Origin: Candidatus Nanoarchaeia archaeon
GTDB lineage: Archaea; Nanobdellota; Nanobdellia; Woesearchaeales; JANQNC01
Assembly: GCA_028279745.1 (NCBI GenBank)
Contig: JANQNC010000001.1
Location: 930,001-962,000, forward strand
Reading direction: 5' to 3'
DNA: 32,000 nt
Below, piece after piece: positions 1-7,902 of the stretch; position 1 is the stretch's first letter, and each line of letters opens with the position of its first letter. The notes below the pieces were generated by a model. That model did no database searches and had not been told where the DNA came from. It saw only the letters and a list, made by a program, of their open reading frames with translations. Made by a program: the position numbers and the translations under genes.

Positions 1-248
1 CTAACCTGATTTTTAATTGTTTCCTTTTTCTTACTTGTTATGTCAGACATTATAACACTTGTAACCAACCATTGGTAGGTGAAGTAGTTTTCTTCCAAGT
101 TTTCTTGAACCTTGTTTTGAATCAAAGAATAACCAAGTTTAGAAGTAAAATCATACATCTTGTCTGGCTTGCCAAAGATATCTCTGAGCCGCTTATTACT
201 CTTGGTTCTTACACCTCTTAGAAAGTAGCTTAGATCTTTAACATGCAC
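1..248 (-). CDS. Partial hypothetical ORF running out of the left edge of the window, downstream of cdc48
   Basis: Hand translation of the minus strand from GTG (complement of 246-248) stays open for 82 codons to position 1 (VHVKDLSYFLRGVRTKSNKRLRDIFGKPDKMYDF...). A GGGGT Shine-Dalgarno-like motif sits inside the cdc48 stop region about 8 nt upstream. No family recognised. It is absent from the ORF track, probably because it has no stop codon in the window. Confidence 0.3.
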   Translation of the reverse strand, partial: MHVKDLSYFLRGVRTKSNKRLRDIFGKPDKMYDFTSKLGYSLIQNKVQENLEENYFTYQWLVTSVIMSDITSKKKETIKNQV

Positions 249-254
249 TTTAAC

Positions 255-2534
255 TTACCCCATGTAAGAAGGTCTGTCTTCCTTCATCTCTTCACCACGA
301 GCCTTACGGAAGTGTTCACCTAATTCATTGTAAGCTTTCTCAATATCTTTAGTAACAGAAGGTTTAACCTTCTTCAAAGCATCATTAAAATGCTTCATAG
401 AAATCTCTTTGCTTTTGATATCTTCTCTCAGTGCAGACATAGCTGCTTCTCTACAAACTGCTTCAATATCAGCACCGACAAAACCTTCAGCCTGCTTAGC
501 CAAATCAATAGGCTTAATATCTTTCAAAGGCATATTTGCAGTATGAACTGTGAAAATTGCTTCTCTGGTCTTAATATCTGGAACAGGAGCAAGAATGATC
601 CTGTCAAATCTTCCAGGTCTTAACAATGCAGTATCTAAAATATCTGGTCTATTAGTAGAGGCAATAACAATCACGTCATTCATCTCCTCCAAACCATCCA
701 TCTCAGTCAAAATTTGGTTGACAACACGTTCAGTAACATGACTGTCTTGAGAAAGACCTCTTCTTGGAGCGATTGAATCTATTTCGTCAAAGAAAACGAT
801 TGTTGGAGAGGTTTGTCTAGCTTTTTCAAACACTTTTCTAACAGCTTTTTCAGATTCACCGACCCATTTACTTAACATCTCAGGACCTTTAACTAAAATA
901 AAGTTAGCATTTGTCTCGTTAGCAACAGCTTTTGCCAACAAAGTCTTACCAGTGCCTGGTGCGCCGTAGATAAGAACGCCTCTTGGAGGTCTAACACCCA
1001 TCCTCTTGAATGCTTCAGGAGATTTTAGAGGCCAGTCAACAGCTTCCTTAAGCTCCTGCTTTAACTCTTCTAATCCGCCAACATCAGACCATTTTACACT
1101 AGGAACTTCAACTAAGAACTCTCGCATAGCACTTGGCCTAACAACTTTTAGCGCGTTTTTGAAATCTTTAGCCATGATAACAAGTTTTTCTAGCAATTCT
1201 TTTGAGATTGTAGTTTCATCATCTAACTTGATATCTGGAAGTATTCTTCTGATGACAGACATAGCAGCTTCTTTAGTTAAAGCTTCTAAATCAGCACCAA
1301 CAAAACCATAAGTGATGTTAGCAATACTCTCTAAGTTAACTTTTTTACTTAAAGGCATGTTTCTGGTATGGATCTTAAGAACATTTAGTCTTCCTTGTCT
1401 GTCAGGAACACCGATCTCTAACTCTCTATCAAATCTCCCAGGTCTTCTCAACGCAGGATCTAACGAGTTAGGCATGTTAGTTGCAGCAATAACGACAACT
1501 TTGCCTCTACTTTTCAGGCCATCCATCAAAGCTAATAGTTGAGCAACAACTCTCTTCTCAACTTCACCCTTAGTCTCTTCTCTTTTGGATGCAATTGCAT
1601 CAAGTTCGTCAATGAAAATGATCGATGGAGAATTTTTCTCAGCATCCTCAAAAATCTTTCTGATATTCTCTTCAGACTGTCCGTAATATTTTGACATGAT
1701 TTCAGGACCATTGATAACTGTAAAGTTTGCATGTGTCTCATTTGCAACAGCTTTTGCCAAAAGAGTCTTTCCTGTTCCTGGCGGGCCTGAAAGAAGAACT
1801 CCTTTTGGAGGCTCAACACCAAGTCTTTCAAAAATCTCAGGATGTTTAAGAGGTAACTCAACCATCTCTCTAACCATCTTGATCTCGTTATCTAAGCCAC
1901 CAATGTCTTCGTAAGATGTATCAGGGACTGTTTCTTCAGCAACCTCGACAGCTTCGGGTTTGTAATCAATTTCAGTAGATTCAGTAACTATGATCGGACC
2001 TTTAGCATCAGTGTTGATTATAATGAATTTTAGTTCTCCAAAGACACCAAATCCTGAATTTCCATTTTCATCAAATACATTAAAAATATCATCAAAGAAA
2101 GGACTGCCACTCATACTTGTCTTTCTTGAGCCAGCACCACCTAAACTAACTAAGTCACCTTTAACAACTGCTCGCCCTAAAAGGCCTCTTTTGAAAAAAA
2201 TTGGTGAAGCTTTGATCATAACATCTTTTCTAGCAGGAGCAATTGTAACTTTCTTAGCTTCTTTGACTTCAGATTTTTTTACATGTACAGTTTCACTGAT
2301 AGAAGTGTTAGCGTTTCTTCTCGTAATACCGTCCATACGGATAATGTTTAAACCCATATCTCCAGGATAAGCTCTGTCAACAATTGCAACAGTTACTCTT
2401 TCACCTTTGATCTCAACAATGTCTCCAGGTCTTACTCCTATCTGTTGCATAAAATTAGTGTCAATTCTAATGATGCCTTTATTTACATCATCTTGGACTG
2501 CTTCCGCAACCTTTAATTCCACTTCTTTTGGCAT
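255..2534 (-). CDS. cdc48: CDC48/VCP-like AAA+ ATPase (two AAA modules)
   Basis: 759-aa ORF. D1 has Walker [16 protein letters not shown] and Walker [10 protein letters not shown]2 has Walker [16 protein letters not shown] and Walker [16 protein letters not shown] appears in both modules. The N-terminal segment is CDC48_N-like ([12 protein letters not shown]). Confidence 0.95.
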   Translation of the reverse strand: MPKEVELKVAEAVQDDVNKGIIRIDTNFMQQIGVRPGDIVEIKGERVTVAIVDRAYPGDMGLNIIRMDGITRRNANTSISETVHVKKSEVKEAKKVTIAPARKDVMIKASPIFFKRGLLGRAVVKGDLVSLGGAGSRKTSMSGSPFFDDIFNVFDENGNSGFGVFGELKFIIINTDAKGPIIVTESTEIDYKPEAVEVAEETVPDTSYEDIGGLDNEIKMVREMVELPLKHPEIFERLGVEPPKGVLLSGPPGTGKTLLAKAVANETHANFTVINGPEIMSKYYGQSEENIRKIFEDAEKNSPSIIFIDELDAIASKREETKGEVEKRVVAQLLALMDGLKSRGKVVVIAATNMPNSLDPALRRPGRFDRELEIGVPDRQGRLNVLKIHTRNMPLSKKVNLESIANITYGFVGADLEALTKEAAMSVIRRILPDIKLDDETTISKELLEKLVIMAKDFKNALKVVRPSAMREFLVEVPSVKWSDVGGLEELKQELKEAVDWPLKSPEAFKRMGVRPPRGVLIYGAPGTGKTLLAKAVANETNANFILVKGPEMLSKWVGESEKAVRKVFEKARQTSPTIVFFDEIDSIAPRRGLSQDSHVTERVVNQILTEMDGLEEMNDVIVIASTNRPDILDTALLRPGRFDRIILAPVPDIKTREAIFTVHTANMPLKDIKPIDLAKQAEGFVGADIEAVCREAAMSALREDIKSKEISMKHFNDALKKVKPSVTKDIEKAYNELGEHFRKARGEEMKEDRPSYMG

Positions 2535-2556
2535 GGTTCACGTGTTTAATGGATGC

Positions 2557-2566
2557 TATATAAAGG
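2557..2566 (-). promoter_or_regulatory. TATA box for cdc48
   Basis: Minus strand reads CTTTATATAG, centred about 28 nt upstream of the ATG at 2534. This is archaeal TATA spacing and implies a leaderless or very short leader mRNA. Confidence 0.45.
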
Positions 2567-2598
2567 TTTTTATGGGTTTAAAAGGGAGAATTTAATGT

Positions 2599-2656
2599 TT
2601 TTAGAAGTGAAGCGAGCGCCCGGACGTTAAATAAGGGTTCCACCCTTATCAACCTG
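2599..2656 (-). pseudogene. Gutted copy of the tRNA-Cys unit: leader hairpin block joined to only the last 15 nt of the tRNA plus its trailer
   Basis: 2611-2625 (agcgagcgcccggac) is identical to 2706-2720. 2631-2656 (ataagggttccacccttatcaacctg) matches 2778-2803 with 1 substitution. The trailer ttttagaa at 2599-2606 matches 2694-2701. tRNA positions 1 to about 57 are replaced by 5 nt (gttaa). Confidence 0.55.
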
Positions 2657-2706
2657 GATTGTGGTACTTCACTTTGTTCAGTACCACGCAGACTTTTAGA
2701 AACAAA

Positions 2707-2777
2707 GCGAGCGCCCGGACTTGAACCGGGGATCAGAGGGTTGCAGCCTCTTGCCTTAGCCGCTTGGCCACGCCCGC
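2707..2777 (-). tRNA. tRNA-Cys (GCA)
   Basis: Reverse complement is GCGGGCGTGGCCAAGCGGCTAAGGCAAGAGGCTGCAACCCTCTGATCCCCGGTTCAAGTCCGGGCGCTCGC. It has a 7-bp acceptor stem (one G-U), anticodon stem AGAGG/CCTCT with loop CTGCAAC, and T arm CCCGG-TTCAAGT-CCGGG. There is no encoded CCA, and a T-rich trailer follows. Confidence 0.9.
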
Positions 2778-2882
2778 ATAAGGGTTACACCCTTATCAAC
2801 CTGTAAGGGGTTTCGCTACGCTCAAGCCCCTGGGTACTGTTGGACTTGATGTGCTGTAGCACTTCAGTTGTGAAAATAAAAC

Positions 2883-3022
2883 GGACCTGGAGGGACTTTC
2901 GATGCATAAGCATATTCGAACCCTCGGTCTACAGCTCTCTGCGACGCCAGGCGCTGAGCCAGCGAATCTATGATTCTAGCGTGTAGAAGGCTGTCGCCCT
3001 ATCCAGACTAGGCTACAGGTCC
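2883..3022 (-). tRNA. tRNA-Arg (UCU) with two introns: 47 nt at 37/38 and 19 nt in the T-loop around 59/60
   Basis: Hand-folded exons are 3022-2984, 2936-2915 and 2895-2883. Together they give a 74-nt cloverleaf with acceptor GGACCTG/CAGGTCC, D stem GCCT/GGGC, anticodon stem ACAGC/GCTGT with loop CTTCTAA, and T stem GAGGG/CCCTC with loop TTCGAAT. Introns are 2983-2937 and 2914-2896. The trailer is GTTTTATTTT. The bulge-helix-bulge motifs were not verified. Confidence 0.8.
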
Positions 3023-3049
3023 ATTGTAAATTGCAGAATCAGGACATTG

Positions 3050-3058
3050 TTTATAAAA
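3050..3058 (-). promoter_or_regulatory. TATA box for the tRNA-Arg/tRNA-Cys transcription unit
   Basis: Minus strand reads TTTTATAAA, centred about 32 nt upstream of tRNA-Arg position 1 (3022). Confidence 0.5.
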
Positions 3059-3081
3059 GTTATGTACTTTTACCTATATAA

Positions 3082-3111
3082 AGAAAAGGTCAGAGGGAGC
3101 TGACCTTTTCT
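3082..3111. repeat. Perfect hairpin: 12-bp stem, 6-nt loop
   Basis: agaaaaggtcag (3082-3093) is the exact reverse complement of ctgaccttttct (3100-3111). The loop is agggag. It directly abuts the TATA-like ctatataaa at 3074-3082. Confidence 0.85.
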
Positions 3112-3112
3112 A

Positions 3113-3140
3113 ACTAGCAAATGATGCATCATTTGCTAGT
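3113..3140. repeat. 28-bp perfect palindrome (14-bp arms, no spacer)
   Basis: actagcaaatgatg|catcatttgctagt was checked base by base and every one of the 14 pairs is complementary. It covers the first ATG (3121) of the 88-aa track ORF. Confidence 0.9.
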
Positions 3141-3180
3141 AAACGAAAGACATAAAAAAGCAGGAGTTCAAAAAGGAAGT

Positions 3181-3387
3181 ATGGAAACAATCACAGGTAT
3201 TGAAGGAAAAAAGAATGTGTGGATCATATTTGTGCTAGTCGCAGTAATAGTTTTCTTTGCAAACTTAGGACTAAGATATATGTTTGAGAGAGAGGTTGAT
3301 GTATTTTATTCAATACTTGTAACGATGCTTATAATGTTGGCTTACTTTTTACTTACCTTGTTTTTGAACATAAGAAAAGCATCTTAA
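3181..3387 (+). CDS. Small membrane protein (two predicted TM helices), hypothetical
   Basis: Track ORF is 3121-3387. Its first 20 codons lie inside the palindrome. The internal ATG at 3181 (METITGIEGKK...) is preceded by aggagttcaaaaaggaag. Hydrophobic stretches are VWIIFVLVAVIVFFANLGL and ILVTMLIMLAYFLLTLFL. The start choice is uncertain. Confidence 0.5.
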   Translation: METITGIEGKKNVWIIFVLVAVIVFFANLGLRYMFEREVDVFYSILVTMLIMLAYFLLTLFLNIRKAS

Positions 3388-3430
3388 GCACATAAAACTA
3401 TATAAATAGAAACACCATACACTAACTAAA

Positions 3431-3589
3431 ATGGCTGAAGACATAAACGAAATCTGCAAGGACTGTGTGAAGTTCGAAAAATTTGGCAAAAAGTGCCACG
3501 TGCACTGGGAAGACAAGAAAGTTTGCACTGTGAAAGCAAAGAACGAAGAAGAATGGCAAGAACAAGCAAGGATGCTGAACACAAGATAA
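3431..3589 (+). CDS. 52-aa Cys/His-containing small protein (possible zinc-binding), below the ORF-track length cutoff
   Basis: Hand translation gives MAEDINEICKDCVKFEKFGKKCHVHWEDKKVCTVKAKNEEEWQEQARMLNTR*. A TATA box (aactatataaata, 3396-3408) lies about 28 nt upstream of the ATG, and a T-rich tract follows the stop directly. It is on the same strand as its neighbours. The two antisense track ORFs here have implausible composition. Confidence 0.5.
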   Translation: MAEDINEICKDCVKFEKFGKKCHVHWEDKKVCTVKAKNEEEWQEQARMLNTR

Positions 3590-3607
3590 TTTTTCTTTTC
3601 TCTTTTT
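3590..3607 (+). terminator. Oligo-T archaeal-type terminator
   Basis: tttttcttttctcttttt lies immediately after the stop codon of the 52-aa ORF. Confidence 0.4.
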
Positions 3608-3647
3608 ACTACAAAGCTTTATAAACAAAATATACTAATCTAAAGAC

Positions 3648-4994
3648 ATGATACAAATAGCACCTGTGGGGGGATATTCTGAATTTGGCAGAAACATGAC
3701 TGCCATCAATGTTGATGGTGAGGTAGTCATACTAGATTGCGGAATACATCTTGATAAGTACATACAGTACGTTGGGGATGAAGATAAGAAATTGCTTTCT
3801 TCTACGGAGTTGCAGAAGATAGGTGCAATACCTGATGATTCAGTAATCCAAGACTGGAGAAAAAAAGTAAAAGCGATAGCTGTGACGCATGCACACTTAG
3901 ATCATGTAGCTGCACTACCTTTCTTAGCAAATAAGTATGATGCGCCAATATTGATGACACCCTACACTAACGAAGTGCTTCAAGCAATCTTAACAGATAA
4001 CAAAAGAAAGATAAAAAACAAAATAGAAGTGATGGGGCAGAATTCAGTATACCAAGTTACAGACAACATCAAAATAGAATTCATAGCGACAACACACTCA
4101 ACAGCACAAGTAGTTATGATAGCAGTGCACACAAAATATGGTGTTTTGATTTATACAAACGATTTCAAGTTCGACAACCACCCTTGTTTAGGGTTAAAGC
4201 CCAACTACAAGAGACTAAGAGAGTTAGGAAAAAAAGGAGTCTTGGCTTTAATGGTGGATAGCACAAGAGCAGACCAAGTAACAAAAACCCCGTCAGAGTC
4301 AGTAGCAAGAGAGATGTTAAAAGATGTTATGTCAGTAATCAAATATGCAGATAAGGGAATCGTGCTTTCAACTTTTTCTTCACACATAGCACGTCTCAAA
4401 TCAATCGTAGAGTTAGCAAGACAAGTCAAAAGAAGGAAAGTTGTAATAATGGGAAGAAGTCTCCATAAATACATAACTGCAGCAGAGAATATTGATCTAG
4501 TCAATTTTTCTGAAGAGGTAGAGCTAATAAAATACTCAGCACAAGCAAAAAGCAGACTGAGACAGATAGAGAATAATCGAGAAGACTATATTGTGATAAT
4601 GACTGGGCATCAAGGAGAGAAAAATGCAATGTTAACAAGGATAGCAAGAGGAGAGATGCCATTTAAATTTGAAAAAGGAGATTTTGTGATATTCTCGTGC
4701 ACAGTAATACCGACAGAGCAAAACATACAAGACAGAAAGGAATTGGAGATGGACCTTAAGGAGTATGGTGTAAGGATAATAAAGGATGTTCATGTATCTG
4801 GCCATGCAGCAAGAGAAGACATAAGAGAGTTGATAAGTATGACAAAACCAAAAAACATAATCCCTTCACATGGACATAAACAGAAAGTGAAAGCTGTTGT
4901 AGACATTGCAGAAAAGATGGGCTATAAGTCTGGGAAGGATATTCTCATCTTGAAGAATGGTGACAGAAAAGTTTTGAACCGAGATGCTTCTTAA
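3648..4994 (+). CDS. rnj: Archaeal RNase J (metallo-beta-lactamase / beta-CASP ribonuclease)
   Basis: 448 aa. It carries the HxHxDH motif (THAHLDH) and the C-terminal HVSGHA motif typical of RNase J. A TATA box (ctttataaac, 3617-3626) lies 27 nt upstream of the ATG. Confidence 0.88.
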   Translation: MIQIAPVGGYSEFGRNMTAINVDGEVVILDCGIHLDKYIQYVGDEDKKLLSSTELQKIGAIPDDSVIQDWRKKVKAIAVTHAHLDHVAALPFLANKYDAPILMTPYTNEVLQAILTDNKRKIKNKIEVMGQNSVYQVTDNIKIEFIATTHSTAQVVMIAVHTKYGVLIYTNDFKFDNHPCLGLKPNYKRLRELGKKGVLALMVDSTRADQVTKTPSESVAREMLKDVMSVIKYADKGIVLSTFSSHIARLKSIVELARQVKRRKVVIMGRSLHKYITAAENIDLVNFSEEVELIKYSAQAKSRLRQIENNREDYIVIMTGHQGEKNAMLTRIARGEMPFKFEKGDFVIFSCTVIPTEQNIQDRKELEMDLKEYGVRIIKDVHVSGHAAREDIRELISMTKPKNIIPSHGHKQKVKAVVDIAEKMGYKSGKDILILKNGDRKVLNRDAS

Positions 4995-5058
4995 AGGATA
5001 CAATAAACTTTATAAATAACCTTAGTTTTGTAATCTTTCAACAGAGGGGGTGTATTAC

Positions 5059-5805
5059 ATGAAATTAACATTATCAGATCCGAAATATCTAAGAGAAACA
5101 ATATCAATCATATCAGAACTAGTTAACGAAACAAATCTAAAAGTAACACCAGACGGGATAGAGCTGGTGGCAATGGATCCAGCAAACGTTGCGATGGCAA
5201 TCCTAAAAATACTATCAAGCTCATTTGTAGATTACAATGTAGATAAAGAAGTCAATCTAGCAATAAACTTAACAAGTTTGAAACAGATATTAAGAAGATC
5301 AAAACCAAACGATCTTTTAACATTAGAGATGGATAAAGACAACAAGTTGAAAATAACTTTGAAAGGAAACAATACAAGAACATTCTCACTACCAATAATT
5401 GACATCGATGAGAAAGAACAAAAAGTACCTTCGCTAGAATTCCCGCTTACAGTTGAGTCTAGTTCAACATTAATAGACGAGGCTGTTGAGGATTCAGATC
5501 TTGTAAGTGAGTCAGTAACACTGATTGCAGAACCAAAAAAGTTTACAATAGAAGCTTCTGGTGATTCAAGTGATGCAAAAATAGAGATGCCTCAAAGTGA
5601 TGATCTGAAAATAAAAGCAACAGACAGTTCTAAGGTATCTGCTAAGTATTCAATAGAATACATGAAGAAAATAATTAAAGGAAGCAAGCTAGCAGATACT
5701 GTTGAGATACAGTTCAACAAAGACTATCCATTAAAGATAACATACAAAGAAGTGGACAAGTTTATGTTGTCATTTATCTTGGCACCAAGAGTTGAGACAG
5801 ATTAG
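5059..5805 (+). CDS. pcn: DNA polymerase sliding clamp (PCNA)
   Basis: About 248 aa, the typical archaeal PCNA length. The N-terminus is PCNA-like (SIISELVNETNLKVTPDGIELVAMDPANVAM) and the C-terminus is ...FILAPRVE. The ATG at 5059 has a GAGGGGGTG Shine-Dalgarno motif 6 to 8 nt upstream. The track start at 5050 is a GTG three codons earlier. Confidence 0.9.
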   Translation: MKLTLSDPKYLRETISIISELVNETNLKVTPDGIELVAMDPANVAMAILKILSSSFVDYNVDKEVNLAINLTSLKQILRRSKPNDLLTLEMDKDNKLKITLKGNNTRTFSLPIIDIDEKEQKVPSLEFPLTVESSSTLIDEAVEDSDLVSESVTLIAEPKKFTIEASGDSSDAKIEMPQSDDLKIKATDSSKVSAKYSIEYMKKIIKGSKLADTVEIQFNKDYPLKITYKEVDKFMLSFILAPRVETD

Positions 5806-6947
5806 TAAGGGTTTTTCCAAGAAAAACCATTCTTATTCATTTGTAAGAAAGTCAAATCATGAGAAGCAATAGTCTTAACTTTAGTTTCAGCTTTGACGTA
5901 TTTAGCAACCAGGTCTTTGAAATTAGTTACTTTTTCTCTCTTGTAAATTTTGTCGATGTCCTTATTATGCATGCCCATGTGATACCACCAATGGTTTAGG
6001 ATTACTAACTTTGGAGCTTTCTTGATGCTCTTAAGATAGTTAATAACATCGATAGCTCCCTGAGCACCCATCTTACGATAAGGATTTTTCTTAGAAGCCA
6101 AAGCACCACCGATATTAATGATTAAAACATCAACACCTGCATATTCTTTGATTAATTTTTTATTTAGCTTCGGCTTTTCAGTTATTGTGTTTATCTTTTT
6201 TGCATAACCTGCCCTGTCTTCGTCCTTTAGCAAATAAGGTGTGGAGTCTGCAAAATAGCCTATAGACTTACCTTTAGAAGAAAAGATAAAACCTAAAGAG
6301 TTACAAAGATGTTTATCACCAATAGATGTTTCAACATCAGTTGCATGAACTGCTTTAATCTTAACATTATTTATTTTGGTCGATCTTCCTGGAGTCAAAG
6401 TGATGCCTTTCTTAGACTTAAGCATCTTCTCATGGAAATAGTCAAGATGTTTAGGGATAATAGAGACAACTCGATCATTTCTCAAAATCCTAAAACCTTC
6501 AATAACAGTATGGTTACTGATAAGGTCTAAAGAATTCTTTCTTCTTGATGTACATATTTCAAAATCACCCATACTAAACATATGATCGGAGTGAACATGA
6601 GATACAACAATTGCATTAACCCATCTAGGATCAACAGCAGAATCTCTGATCTGCTCAGTAAAATGGGGTCCAGGATCAACAAGAAGTCTGGTGTTGTTTA
6701 AAGAAATGATAAATCCAGCGACTGCACTAACGTACTTATGATTCTTATGAGTGAATTTCTTCAGATGATCAATAGTGTGAAATATAAACGAAGGAGTTGA
6801 GCCGGCAGAACCAAGAAAGTACACCCCTTCTTTATTTGAAATTTTATCTTTAACTGGTTGAGTAAGTAGAGGAGAGATAATGTTTGAATCATACTCTCTC
6901 ATATCATCTCCAAGTTTCATCACGTCTTTTTCAAGTTGAGATTTCAT
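5802..6947 (-). CDS. MBL-fold metallo-hydrolase, specific function unknown
   Basis: 381 aa with the HxHxDH motif (VVSHVHSDHMF). Its stop codon overlaps the PCNA stop codon (TTAG, 5802-5805). Confidence 0.75.
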   Translation of the reverse strand: MKSQLEKDVMKLGDDMREYDSNIISPLLTQPVKDKISNKEGVYFLGSAGSTPSFIFHTIDHLKKFTHKNHKYVSAVAGFIISLNNTRLLVDPGPHFTEQIRDSAVDPRWVNAIVVSHVHSDHMFSMGDFEICTSRRKNSLDLISNHTVIEGFRILRNDRVVSIIPKHLDYFHEKMLKSKKGITLTPGRSTKINNVKIKAVHATDVETSIGDKHLCNSLGFIFSSKGKSIGYFADSTPYLLKDEDRAGYAKKINTITEKPKLNKKLIKEYAGVDVLIINIGGALASKKNPYRKMGAQGAIDVINYLKSIKKAPKLVILNHWWYHMGMHNKDIDKIYKREKVTNFKDLVAKYVKAETKVKTIASHDLTFLQMNKNGFSWKNPY

Positions 6948-7059
6948 TAATTAAGATTTGAGTTTTGTCATTTATAAAAGTTATTGTTAAAAGTTAGGGT
7001 GGTGGTTAATTTATAAACCACACAAAAAGAATATAAACCAATTGTATCTTTTGCGTGAG

Positions 7060-7803
7060 ATGAAAGAAAAACTAGCAATTCTAGATGCAGGAGCACAATA
7101 TGGAAAAGTAATTGACAGACGAGTAAGAGAGATGAACGTCGAGTCAGAAATACTTCCAATGAACACACCTGCAGAAAAACTAAAAGATTACAAATCAATA
7201 ATAATCTCGGGTGGACCACAAAGCGCATACGGCAAAGATGCACCAGAATACGATCCAGCAATATTCTCTTTAGGAAAACCAATACTGGGAATATGTTACG
7301 GAATGCAGTTAATGAATTACGTGATGGGGGGAGTAGTGGCAGAAGAAGGTCACAGAGAGTATGGGCAGTGCGATATGACAATCACAAACGGATCCAAACT
7401 GTTTAAAGATCTGGATCAAAAGCAAGTAGTGTTGATGAGCCACGGAGATAGTGTGAGAGGGTTAGCAGACGGATTTAAGACAACTGCAAGCTCAAGTGGG
7501 GTAGTGGCTGCTATAGAGAACACTGAGAGAAAACTTTTTGGAGTGCAGTTCCATCCAGAAGTGGATGATACAGAGAATGGAAAAACAATATTGCACAATT
7601 TCTTGTATGCAGTATCTGACTTTTCAGGTTCTTATACTATGGAGAACAGAGAAGAGAAAGCGATAGAATACTTTAGAGAAACAATAGGTGACGGAAAAGC
7701 TTTGGACAAGATGGTTAACAGAATAATGGACGAAGTACCAAAAGTTTCAAGAGTTGCTTATGACTTAACTTCAAAGCCACCAGGTACAACCGAGTGGGAA
7801 TAA
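7060..7803 (+). CDS. guaA: GMP synthase remnant: class I glutamine amidotransferase domain fused in frame to the extreme C-terminal tail of GMPS, with the ATP-pyrophosphatase domain absent
   Basis: AILDAGAQYGKVIDRRVRE, GICYGMQ (nucleophile Cys) and FGVQFHPEV (His/Glu) define the GATase domain. ENREEKAIEYFRETIGDGKAL resembles the start of the ATP-PPase domain, but no SGGVDS PP-loop follows. The protein ends ...SRVAYDLTSKPPGTTEWE, the GMPS C-terminal signature. The ATG at 7060 is preferred over the TTG at 7042. A TATA-like aatataaacc lies at 7030-7039. Confidence 0.85.
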   Translation: MKEKLAILDAGAQYGKVIDRRVREMNVESEILPMNTPAEKLKDYKSIIISGGPQSAYGKDAPEYDPAIFSLGKPILGICYGMQLMNYVMGGVVAEEGHREYGQCDMTITNGSKLFKDLDQKQVVLMSHGDSVRGLADGFKTTASSSGVVAAIENTERKLFGVQFHPEVDDTENGKTILHNFLYAVSDFSGSYTMENREEKAIEYFRETIGDGKALDKMVNRIMDEVPKVSRVAYDLTSKPPGTTEWE

Positions 7804-7902
7804 ATACTTTATTTTTTTAATTTTGTTACCAACTCATGATAATTTAGCATAGGTAACATTTATAATAAAGTAGTTTATATTCTTACCATCTTAAAGTAAA
7901 AG

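Noticed and set aside
2611-2720. The 15-nt direct repeat of the tRNA-Cys 3' end as attL/attR of a currently integrated element
   Set aside because: Only about 80 nt separate the repeats, and this stretch contains no genes. At most it is a scar or duplication, not a resident mobile element. No integrase is in the window.
2790-2882. Possible C/D-box sRNA or extra tRNA in the spacer between tRNA-Arg and tRNA-Cys
   Set aside because: There is no RUGAUGA/CUGA box pair and no cloverleaf. Only local hairpins are present (aagggg..cccct, gtgct-gt-agcac). It is most simply an inter-tRNA spacer of a co-transcript.
2535-3180. Replication origin, given the palindromes and AT-rich DNA near cdc48 and PCNA
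   Set aside because: There is no orc1/cdc6 gene and I could find no repeated ORB-like boxes. The inverted repeats are single-copy, and the region is dominated by tRNA genes.
3349-3628. Two minus-strand ORFs (77 and 68 aa) between the small membrane protein and rnj
   Set aside because: They have Cys/Phe/Ser-rich, implausible composition and no promoter or Shine-Dalgarno motif. The plus strand has a better-supported 52-aa ORF with a TATA box and terminator.
6968-7381. 137-aa minus-strand ORF overlapping the guaA start region
   Set aside because: It is antisense to a well-supported amidotransferase ORF and spans the divergent promoter. Its Leu/Arg-rich composition is typical of a shadow ORF.
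7804-7902. Purine riboswitch or other leader element upstream of purL
   Set aside because: Only a weak 7-bp inverted repeat (tgttacc/ggtaaca) and TATA-like boxes are present. There is no three-way junction with conserved purine-riboswitch loops, and such riboswitches are not expected in archaea.
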